NCBI GenBank assembly: GCA_944384305.1
Contig: CALWSW010000002.1
Location: forward strand, 1-47,466
From: an uncultured Christensenellaceae bacterium
Lineage (GTDB): Bacteria > Bacillota > Clostridia > Christensenellales > CALWSW01
Direction: 5' to 3'
DNA length: 47,466 nt
The number at the start of each line of letters is the position of its first letter. Position 1 is the first letter of the stretch. The position numbers were made by a program, and so were the translations under genes. The notes beneath the pieces were generated by a model. That model was not told the origin of the DNA. It saw only the letters and a list, made by a program, of their open reading frames with translations, and ran no database searches. Positions 8,110-15,555 of this stretch are shown here, in pieces.

Positions 8110-8408
8110 GAATCGAATCCGACGATTTACTTGTTAAATTCACGGGGCTTTTCTGAAAGAAAAGCGACTCTGCACCGTTCGCTGGCCGGAAGCCCACCCC
8201 CAAAACCCACCCCACAAGCCCACCCTAGGCTTCCGTACTGCGTTTGGAAGCCCGGGGGCCCCGGGCGGGGTATTTAGCTTTGTTATGCAAACTCCATCGC
8301 GGGCCCCCCGGGCGAGCTTCTTCACTTGGTTTGTGCAAAGCAGGGGCGGCCAAGCGAACGGCGAAAAAAACTCGCGAAATAGGCGGCAGCCTATTTCGCG
8401 ACAGCTCC
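8110..8408 (-). repeat. intergenic modular palindromic element, copy B (long form)
   Basis: Copy B begins at the galE 3' end. Read on the minus strand it opens with GGAGCTGTCGCGAAATAGGCTGCCGCCTATTTCGCGAGTTTTTTTCGCCGTTCGCTTGGCCGCC. The interior holds two GC palindromes (cccgggggccccggg at 8251-8265 and cgggccccccggg at about 8300) and a G-run tract. The element ends with the arm GGCCAGCGAACGGTG, the CTTTTCTTTCAGAAAAG hairpin and the module shared with copy A. Confidence 0.7.
8362..8401 (-). terminator. galE terminator (part of repeat copy B)
   Basis: The minus strand reads TCGCGAAATAGG-ctgccg-CCTATTTCGCGA followed by gTTTTTTT. Confidence 0.65.
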
Positions 8409-8423
8409 ATTTTTGTTGCTTTT

Positions 8424-9407
8424 TCAGGCGCTATAATGCCCCTTGTTTTTGTGCCACCGCCAGGCGTCGGCAATGATGCCGTCGATCTCGGTGTGCTTTG
8501 GTTTCCAGCCCAGCACGCGGCGGGCCTTTTCGCCCGAGGCGATGAGGATGGAGGGGTCGCCTGCCCGGCGCGCGCCCGAGCGCACGGGGAACTCCCGCCC
8601 GGTCACGCGCTTGACGGCCTCGATGATCTCGCGCACCGAGAAGCCGTGCCCGATGCCCAGGTTAAAAGCGTCGCTTTTGCCGCCCTGTTCCAGGTAGGCA
8701 AGCGCCTTTAAGTGCCCGTCGATCAGGTCGCACACGTGCACATAATCGCGGATACAGGTGCCGTCCGGGGTGGGGTAGTCCTCGCCGAAGATGGTAATGC
8801 TGTCCCGCGCGCCCAGGGCCGCCTGCAGCACCAGGGGAATGAGGTGGGTCTCGGGGTCGTGGGCTTCGCCGATGCTGCCGTCGGGCGAAGCGCCGGCCAC
8901 ATTAAAGTACCGGAGCGCGCAGCAGCGAATGCCGTAGGCCCGCTCAAAGCAGGCCGCCATGTGCTCGATGGCCAGCTTGGTCTCGCCGTAGGGGTTGGTG
9001 GGCAGGGTGGGGTCATTTTCTACAATGGGGGTCTTTTCGGGCTCGCCGTAGACCGCCGCCGTGGAAGAAAACACCAGGTTCTTTACGCCCGAAGCGGCCA
9101 TTTCGTCGAGCAGCACCGCCGCCCCGCCGATGTTGTTGCCGTAGTACTTGCCGGGGTCCTTTACGCTTTCCCCCACCTGGGAAAACGCCGCAAAGTGCAC
9201 CACCGCGCCGATGGTTTCGCGGGCGAACACGCCGTGTACAAAGGCGCGGTCCCGCAAGTCGCCCACGTACAGGCGGCCGCCGGTCACGGCCTCTTGAAAG
9301 CCGGTGGAAAGGTTGTCGATAACGGCGACGTCTGCGCCCTGTTCCACGAGCGCCTTGACGCAGTGGCTGCCGATGTAGCCCGCGCCGCCGGTGATGAGAA
9401 TGGTCAT
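8424..9407 (-). CDS. galE: UDP-glucose 4-epimerase
   Basis: The track ORF is trimmed to the ATG at 9407, with a GGGAGG Shine-Dalgarno. The protein begins MTILITGGAGYIGSHCVKALVEQGADVAVIDNLSTGF and contains ...YGETKLAIEHM..., the Rossmann GxxGxxG and YxxxK motifs of GalE. Confidence 0.92.
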   Translation of the reverse strand: MTILITGGAGYIGSHCVKALVEQGADVAVIDNLSTGFQEAVTGGRLYVGDLRDRAFVHGVFARETIGAVVHFAAFSQVGESVKDPGKYYGNNIGGAAVLLDEMAASGVKNLVFSSTAAVYGEPEKTPIVENDPTLPTNPYGETKLAIEHMAACFERAYGIRCCALRYFNVAGASPDGSIGEAHDPETHLIPLVLQAALGARDSITIFGEDYPTPDGTCIRDYVHVCDLIDGHLKALAYLEQGGKSDAFNLGIGHGFSVREIIEAVKRVTGREFPVRSGARRAGDPSILIASGEKARRVLGWKPKHTEIDGIIADAWRWHKNKGHYSA

Positions 9408-9531
9408 GTGGAAGGTACCTCCCGCGTGTTGTGGGTGTTGGGTTGCGGCACCGCCGGTTTGCGGGCCGCAAAGCAAAGGCCGGATGGCTTTTGTTATCAT
9501 ACCACGCTGGGGGGGAAAATCAAGGGCTGGG

Positions 9532-10917
9532 TCAAACGGCGTCTTTGGGGATGGGCGATTCCTTAGCGCCGGGCCGTTTTTTGCCGAAAAACGCGCCGAT
9601 GGCCATAACAACAGCAAACAGGCACAAATACCCCACCACGGTGATGCCGTGGGCAACGACCGCCGCCAGCATCATGAACAGGCAGCAGAGAATGGCGGCG
9701 GCGCTTACGCCGTAGCGGCGGAAAGGGTGCATGTCCTTGCCGCGCAGCATGGTAAAGACGAAGATGGGCAGGTACCCCCCGTAAATGGTGATGATGGGAA
9801 GCTCTGAAGAATCGAAGGAAAAGAACCCGAACCACGGGGTGCCGGCGAGTTCTGCGCCAAAGTAGTAGAGCATCCAGAAGGCGCACAGCACCAGCGCCAC
9901 CACGGCGGAGTTGTTGGGCATGTTGGTGGCGGCATCCACCTGCCGGAAGATCTGCGGCTTGGGGCCCAGGTCGCGCGCGGCGATGGAGTAAAGGCCGCGC
10001 GTACAGGCGAGCATGAGGCCGTTGAGGGTGCCCAGGCAGGAGATCACGACCAGCACCGAGACCAGCGTGCCGCCCACGCTGCCAAACAGCCGGGTAAAGG
10101 CCGGGGTGGTGCCATTTTGGTAAATGACGCTTTTGTCCACCACGCCGAACAGGCCGACGTTATACAAAATGTACACCCCAACCACGATGAGCGAGCCCCC
10201 AAGCAGCGCCTTGGGCAGGGTGCGCTTGGCGTCCCTGAGCTCGGCGTTGATGGTGGTGGCGATGATCCAGCCTTCGTAGGCGAAGGCCGTGGCGCACACC
10301 GAAGTAAAGAGCGCGCCGCCGGCGCTGAAGTCGGCAGAGTAGGCCGCCGAAGAGAAGTTCTGGGCGATCGTGCCGTTCAAAAGCCCCATAACGGTGCCGA
10401 TGACGCCCACTGCCACAAGGGGGATGAGCTTGACGACGGTGGTAGAGACCTGCAGCTTGCCGGCGATCTTGGGCGAAAGGGCGTTGACGGCGTAGCTGCC
10501 GCACAAAAAGAAGCAGGAAAGCGCCAAGCACGCGCCGCTGTCGGCGGCGGCGCCAAAGAGCGAACACAGATAATTGGCCGAGAGCCAGGCCAGCACCGAG
10601 GTCATGGAAGGGTAATAAATGGTCAGCATGAACCAGTTGAGCAGGTAGGCGTAGCGCGGCCCCACGATGGCTTCGGCGTAATCGACGATGCCGTTGACCT
10701 TTTCGTAACGCGCGGCCAGGCCGGAAAAGGCGTAGGCGCAAACCAGCATGATCAGCCCGCCGATGAGCCAGGCAAAAATAGAGACCGGCAGGCTGCCCTC
10801 CGAAACCTCCAGGATCTTTTGAGCTTTAAAAAAGATGCCGGACCCCATGACGATGCCCACGACCATGGAGATGGCGGTGAACAGGCCGTACTTCTTTTTG
10901 AGTTTGATCTCAGACAT
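9532..10917 (-). CDS. APC-family amino acid permease
   Basis: The track ORF is trimmed to the ATG at 10917. The protein begins MSEIKLKKKYGLFTAISMVVGIVMGSGIFFKAQKILE and has about 12 TM segments. The substrate is unknown. Confidence 0.85.
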   Translation of the reverse strand: MSEIKLKKKYGLFTAISMVVGIVMGSGIFFKAQKILEVSEGSLPVSIFAWLIGGLIMLVCAYAFSGLAARYEKVNGIVDYAEAIVGPRYAYLLNWFMLTIYYPSMTSVLAWLSANYLCSLFGAAADSGACLALSCFFLCGSYAVNALSPKIAGKLQVSTTVVKLIPLVAVGVIGTVMGLLNGTIAQNFSSAAYSADFSAGGALFTSVCATAFAYEGWIIATTINAELRDAKRTLPKALLGGSLIVVGVYILYNVGLFGVVDKSVIYQNGTTPAFTRLFGSVGGTLVSVLVVISCLGTLNGLMLACTRGLYSIAARDLGPKPQIFRQVDAATNMPNNSAVVALVLCAFWMLYYFGAELAGTPWFGFFSFDSSELPIITIYGGYLPIFVFTMLRGKDMHPFRRYGVSAAAILCCLFMMLAAVVAHGITVVGYLCLFAVVMAIGAFFGKKRPGAKESPIPKDAV

Positions 10918-11170
10918 GGGAAAAACCTCGCTTTCGCACAGGAGAGCAGCGGGCAAAATAGCCCGCAAATGTTGTTCGATACCGCGCACAAAACAGGAAG
11001 CAAAGACAATAAAGAGAAAACAAGACGCAAAAGAAAGAAAAAATTTGACGTTTTGCAGAATCAATCCTAACTTTATACTATTTGAACAGCAGTGTCAATG
11101 TGAAAATGCCGGTGAAGAAGAAGGGGATACAGATTGAGAAGGAGAAAAGAGCGCGCCGGGAAGGGCGGCG

Positions 11171-11209
11171 CAAAAGAAAAAGCGAAGGAAAAACTCCTTC
11201 GCTTTTTTT
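11171..11209 (-). terminator. gatCAB operon terminator
   Basis: AGCGAAGGA-aaaac-TCCTTCGCT is flanked by A/T runs on both sides, directly 3' of the gatB stop. Confidence 0.7.
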
Positions 11210-11217
11210 GCCGCTGA

Positions 11218-12678
11218 TTACGCGAGCAGCTCGCGCAGCAGCTTGTTGACCAGCGCGGGGTTGGCCTTGCCCTTGCTGGCCTTCATCACCTGCCCAACCA
11301 GGCTGGTGAGGGCCTTTTCCTTGCCGGCCTTAAAGTCGGCCACGGGTTTGGGGTTGTTGGCCACCACCTCTTCGCACATGGCGCGGATGGCGCCTTCGTC
11401 GCTGACCTGCGCAAGGCCAAGCGCTGCGACCAGCTCGTCCGGCGTGCGCGTATCCCCCGAGAACACGGCGTCCAGGATCTTGCTGCCCGAGGTGCGGCTG
11501 ATCTTGCCGCTTTCGACCAGCGCGATGCACTTGGCAAGGTCCTCGGGCGAAAGGGGCAGCGCGTCCCAGGTCAGGCTGTGCTCGTTTGTCAGGCGGGCAA
11601 AGTCGCTCATGAGCCAGTTGGAAGCCGACTTGGGCGGCGCGCCGGCGGCCACGGCATCGTCAAAATACTCGGCCAGGGCGCGTTCGCCGGTCAGGAAGCC
11701 TGCGTCGTAGGCGGGCAGGCCGTAGTCTGCCATGTAGCGCTCCCTCCGGGCGTTGGGCAGCTCGGGCAGACTGGCCTTGATGCGGCCCAGCCACTCGTCG
11801 TCTACCTCGATGGGCATAATGTCCGGTTCGGGGAAGTAGAAGTAATCGTGCGCGTCTTCCTTGGAGCGCATGGCGTAGTTCAGGCCGCGCTCGTCGTCCC
11901 AGCGCATGGTGTCCTGGGTGATGACGCCGCCCTTTTCCAGCACCTTCTTCTGGCGCTTGCGCTCGTACTCAATGGCGCGCACCGTGGCGGACATCGAGGC
12001 GATGTTCTTGGTTTCGGTGCGGGTGCCGAAGGGGGCGTCCGGGCCGGGCCGCAGCGAAAGGTTGACGTCGCAGCGCATGGAGCCTTCTTCCATGCGGCAG
12101 TTGGAGACCCCGGCATAAATGAGGATGCTGCGCAGCATGGTCAAAAAGGCGTGGACCTCGCCTGCGGTGCGGAAGTCCGGCTCGGTGACGATCTCGATGA
12201 GCGGCACGCCGCAGCGGTTGTAGTCGATGCGGGTGGAACCCGCGCCGTGCAGCAGTTTGCCGGCGTCCTCTTCGATGTGGATGCGGGTGATGCCGAAGCG
12301 CTTGCGGTAGGTGGACTTCTGCGCCTTGCCGTCCAACGGGTCGCCCTCGGGCACGTCGATGTCCAGGTAGCCGTCGTAGCACAGCGGCAGGTCATACTGG
12401 CTGGTTTGGAAGGCCTTGGGCAGGTCGGGGTAGAAGTAGTGCTTGCGGTCCTGGCGGCTGTACTGGTTGATCTTGCAGTTCAGGGCCAAGCCGGCTTTTA
12501 CACAGTATTCCACCACGCTTTTGTTCAGCGCGGGCAGCACGCCGGGCATGCCGGTGCACACCGGGCAGATGTGGGTGTTTTCACTTGCGCCGAAGGCCGT
12601 GCTGCAGGTGCAGTAGATCTTGGACTGGGTGGAGAGCTCGGCGTGGACCTCCAGGCCGATGACGGTTTCGAATTCCAT
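11218..12678 (-). CDS. gatB: Asp/Glu-tRNA(Asn/Gln) amidotransferase subunit B
   Basis: The track ORF is trimmed to the ATG at 12678. The protein begins MEFETVIGLEVHAELSTQSKIYCTCSTAFGASENTHICPVCTGMPGVLP and has a C-terminal GatB_Yqey-like tail. Confidence 0.95.
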   Translation of the reverse strand: MEFETVIGLEVHAELSTQSKIYCTCSTAFGASENTHICPVCTGMPGVLPALNKSVVEYCVKAGLALNCKINQYSRQDRKHYFYPDLPKAFQTSQYDLPLCYDGYLDIDVPEGDPLDGKAQKSTYRKRFGITRIHIEEDAGKLLHGAGSTRIDYNRCGVPLIEIVTEPDFRTAGEVHAFLTMLRSILIYAGVSNCRMEEGSMRCDVNLSLRPGPDAPFGTRTETKNIASMSATVRAIEYERKRQKKVLEKGGVITQDTMRWDDERGLNYAMRSKEDAHDYFYFPEPDIMPIEVDDEWLGRIKASLPELPNARRERYMADYGLPAYDAGFLTGERALAEYFDDAVAAGAPPKSASNWLMSDFARLTNEHSLTWDALPLSPEDLAKCIALVESGKISRTSGSKILDAVFSGDTRTPDELVAALGLAQVSDEGAIRAMCEEVVANNPKPVADFKAGKEKALTSLVGQVMKASKGKANPALVNKLLRELLA

Positions 12679-12680
12679 GC

Positions 12681-14135
12681 TTACGCCTCCTTCCGGGCGG
12701 CTTCCAGCGCAGCGCCCACGCGGTAAAGGGTCTCTTCGGCAAGCGGCCGGCCAATGAGCTGGGCGCCGATGGGCAGGCCCTGCTCGTCCGCCCCGCAGGG
12801 CAAAGAGAGCGCGCACAGTCCGGCGACGTTGACCGAAACGGTGCAGATATCGGCGGCGTACATTTCCAGCGGATCGTCGCTCATACGGCCAAACTCCCAC
12901 GCCGTGCAGGGTGAGACCGGCGTGAGCAGGCAGTCGAACTGCTCAAAGGCCTTGGCGTAATCCTGCATGATGAGGGTGCGGGCCTGCTGGGCCTTTTTGT
13001 AGTAGGCGTCGTAATACCCCGAAGAAAGGGTAAAGGTGCCCAGAAGGATGCGGCGCTTGACCTCGTCACCAAAGCCCTCGCTGCGCGAGCGGGTGACGAT
13101 CTCGTCGAGCGTGCGGGCCTCCTTGGTACGGTGGCCGTACTTGATGCCGTCGTAGCGGCCCAGGTTGGAGCAGGCCTCGGCCGAGGAGATGATGTAGTAG
13201 GTGGGCAGGGCGTAGTCGGCGAGCGGCAGTGAGCAGCGTTCCACCACGGCGCCCTGCGCTTTTAACAGCTCGGCGGTGTGCAGCACGGCCTTGCGGGTAG
13301 ACTCTTCAATGCCCGGGCCAAAGTATTCTTCCGGCAGGCCGATCTTTAAGCCGGCAAGGCTTGCGGGCCGGGCGCTCTTGGCGTAATCCGGCACGGCGTG
13401 CGGCAGGGAGGAAGCGTCCAAGGGGTCCTGCCCGGCCAGAATGTTCAGCACCAGCGCGCTGTCTTCCACCGTGCGGGTCAGGGGGCCTACCTGGTCCAAA
13501 GAGGAGGCAAAAGCTACCACGCCAAAGCGCGAGACCCGGCCGTAGGTGGGCTTCATGCCCACCACGCCGCAGAAGGAAGCGGGCTGGCGGATGGAGCCGC
13601 CGGTGTCGGTACCAATGGCAAAGGCCGCGAGTTGGGCCGCTACCGCCGCGGCTGAGCCGCCCGAAGAACCGCCGGGCACGCGGGCGGTGTTTACGGGGTT
13701 TCTGGTCTTTTTAAAATAGCTGGTTTCGGTAGAGCTGCCCATGGCAAACTCATCCATGTTCACTTTGCCGAGCATCACGCAGCCCGCGGCGTTGAGCTTT
13801 TGGTAAATGGTGGCCGAATAGGGCGGCACAAAGTTCTCCAGCATGCGGGAGGCACAGGTGGTGCGCACACCCTGGGTGCACACATTGTCCTTCATGGCGT
13901 AGGGCACGCCGTCGAGCGCCGAAAGGGGCTTGCCGGCCGCGCGCCGCCCGTCGGAAGCGGCGGCAGAGGAAAGCGCCAGCTCTTTGGCCACGGTCAAATA
14001 TGCGCCGATCTCGCCGTCGCGCTCCTCAATGGCGTCGAGGTAGGTCTGGGTCAGTTCCACCGAGGTGACCGTTCCTGCGGCCAGGGCGGCCGCGCACCCG
14101 GCGGCGGTAAGGGAAAGCAGTTCTTTTTTGTTCAT
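12681..14135 (-). CDS. gatA: Glu-tRNA(Gln) amidotransferase subunit A
   Basis: The track ORF is trimmed to the ATG at 14135, with an AAGGAGG Shine-Dalgarno. The protein contains the amidase signature GGSSGGSAAAVAA...GTDTGGSIRQPASFCGVVGMKPTYGRVSR. Confidence 0.95.
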   Translation of the reverse strand: MNKKELLSLTAAGCAAALAAGTVTSVELTQTYLDAIEERDGEIGAYLTVAKELALSSAAASDGRRAAGKPLSALDGVPYAMKDNVCTQGVRTTCASRMLENFVPPYSATIYQKLNAAGCVMLGKVNMDEFAMGSSTETSYFKKTRNPVNTARVPGGSSGGSAAAVAAQLAAFAIGTDTGGSIRQPASFCGVVGMKPTYGRVSRFGVVAFASSLDQVGPLTRTVEDSALVLNILAGQDPLDASSLPHAVPDYAKSARPASLAGLKIGLPEEYFGPGIEESTRKAVLHTAELLKAQGAVVERCSLPLADYALPTYYIISSAEACSNLGRYDGIKYGHRTKEARTLDEIVTRSRSEGFGDEVKRRILLGTFTLSSGYYDAYYKKAQQARTLIMQDYAKAFEQFDCLLTPVSPCTAWEFGRMSDDPLEMYAADICTVSVNVAGLCALSLPCGADEQGLPIGAQLIGRPLAEETLYRVGAALEAARKEA

Positions 14136-14146
14136 GGGGCGCCTCC

Positions 14147-14434
14147 TTATTCCACCACGCGCGGCACGACCACGCACTCGCCGTCCTGCATGGGAGCGTT
14201 TTCCAGCATGACGGCGCGGTCGTAAGAGGGCGCGCAGCCATCCTCGCGGAAGACGTTCTTCTGCGCGATGGCGTGGGTCGTGGGGCGAACGGAGGCGACG
14301 TTTAGGGTGTTGATCTCGTCGGCAAAGGCGATCATGCCGCCCATCTGGGTGCGCAGGCGTTCGATCTCCTCTTCCGAAAGGGAGAGCTTGGCCAAAGAGG
14401 CCACGTGCTCGACCTGCTCTTTTGTGATCTTCAT
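14147..14434 (-). CDS. gatC: Asp/Glu-tRNA amidotransferase subunit C
   Basis: The 95-aa protein begins MKITKEQVEHVASLAKLSLSEEEIERLRTQMGGMIAFADEIN and sits directly upstream of gatA. Confidence 0.9.
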   Translation of the reverse strand: MKITKEQVEHVASLAKLSLSEEEIERLRTQMGGMIAFADEINTLNVASVRPTTHAIAQKNVFREDGCAPSYDRAVMLENAPMQDGECVVVPRVVE

Positions 14435-14439
14435 ATAAC

Positions 14440-15264
14440 TTACCTCGTGTTGGGTTGATTTGACGTTGGTTCGCTCGGCTCCGGCGTGGGTTCGGGGTGC
14501 TGGATGCCGTTGTTGTCGATGTTGAAGCCCTCGTACAGCAGATCCTCCACCGCCACAAACTCGTACCCCTCGGCGCGAAGATTGTCGATGAGGGTGGGCA
14601 GATAGTCCGCAATGGTGTTGGCATTGTTGTGGCAGAGGATGATGGCCCCGGGCGCTGCCTTGCGCGCGACCACCTCGAGCACCTGCTCTACCGTGCGGTC
14701 TTCCTGCCAGTCCAGGGTGTCGACCGTCCATTGGATGACCTGGTACCCCGCGCTGCGCAGTTTGGTGACCACGCGGTCGTCGTACTCGCCGTACGGCGCG
14801 CGAAACAGCGTAGGCGCCTTTGCCCCGGCGGCTGCCAGCGCTTCGGCCGTCGCATCCAGTTCCTCATGGATCTGGGCGTCGGTGAGCGAGCAAAAGTGGG
14901 CGTGGCTGTCGCTGTGGCTGCCGATGGGGTGGCCGGAAGCGACGATCATGGCGGTCTCTTCGGGAAATTCCCGCACCCACCGCCCCACCAAAAAGAAGGT
15001 GGCGGTCACCTGCTTTTCCTCCAGGATCTCCAGGATCTCGGGGGTTTTGTCAGCTCCCCACGCGGCGTCGATGGTCAGCGCCACGACCTTTTTATCGGTC
15101 TCAACGCCATAAACCGGCAGCACGCGCGCGGCGGCTTCGGCGTTCGCTGGGGCGCTGCGCCGGGAAAACAGCAGCAGAAGGCACGCCAAAAGGGCGGCGA
15201 GCGCCGCAAAGAGCAGCAGCCACAGCCTTTTGCGGCTGTGGGCATGGCGGGTGCGGTGGAACAT
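14440..15264 (-). CDS. polysaccharide deacetylase (NodB-homology) family protein with an N-terminal membrane anchor
   Basis: The protein has a TM anchor (RLWLLLFAALAALLACLLLLF) followed by VALTIDAAWG...ATFFLVGRWV...GHPIGSHSDSHAHF...LFRAPYGEYD. The gene ends 5 nt before gatC. Confidence 0.85.
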   Translation of the reverse strand: MFHRTRHAHSRKRLWLLLFAALAALLACLLLLFSRRSAPANAEAAARVLPVYGVETDKKVVALTIDAAWGADKTPEILEILEEKQVTATFFLVGRWVREFPEETAMIVASGHPIGSHSDSHAHFCSLTDAQIHEELDATAEALAAAGAKAPTLFRAPYGEYDDRVVTKLRSAGYQVIQWTVDTLDWQEDRTVEQVLEVVARKAAPGAIILCHNNANTIADYLPTLIDNLRAEGYEFVAVEDLLYEGFNIDNNGIQHPEPTPEPSEPTSNQPNTR

Positions 15265-15378
15265 GGCAGGGCACTCCTTTCGGTCTCGCGGAAAATGATC
15301 TCAAAAAGAATATGCCCAAAGCCCGCGCCTCATGACCGCACAAGACAGTGAAGGCCCGCGCCCGCAAGGCGCTGTCTC

Positions 15379-15407
15379 ATTATAAAATACGAACTTTAAC
15401 TTGACAA
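15379..15407 (-). promoter_or_regulatory. candidate promoter of the deacetylase-gatCAB operon
   Basis: On the minus strand there is TTGTCA (15407-15402), a 17-nt spacer and TATAAT (15384-15379). Confidence 0.55.
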
Positions 15408-15491
15408 TAGCCAAGCACCCGGGCAGTGGGGAATTCCTTTTGCTTTTTTGGGTGCCCGGCCGGGAACGGCCATTATTCATAAACCGTTTCC

Positions 15492-15519
15492 TTGCCCGCA
15501 AGGGGGATTGTGGTATAGT
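15492..15519 (+). promoter_or_regulatory. candidate polA promoter
   Basis: TTGCCC (15492-15497), a 16-nt spacer and an extended -10 TGgTATAGT (-10 at 15514-15519). Confidence 0.5.
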
Positions 15520-15555
15520 ATAAACGGAATGAATCTGCGAATCGAGGTGACCGGC

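Noticed and set aside
8108-8130. A tRNA-like T-arm fragment (ggaatcgaatccgacg) in repeat copy B, and a similar gatcgaatctgac at 5194-5206 in copy A.
   Set aside because: It only superficially resembles GGTTCGAATCC. There is no acceptor stem, anticodon arm or CCA context on either strand. It may still be an att-like relic, but I cannot support a tRNA call.
8424-9656. N-terminal extensions of track ORFs upstream of the real starts. Examples are galE 8424..9656, gatA 12681..14624, gatB 11218..12900, the FGGY gene 6302..7966, ribU 626..1468, the permease 9532..11064, rqcH 34739..36607 and ppk 42592..44763.
   Set aside because: The extensions have non-protein-like composition and cross promoters or neighbouring genes. 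Internal starts with good Shine-Dalgarno sequences coincide with the conserved N-termini of the families.
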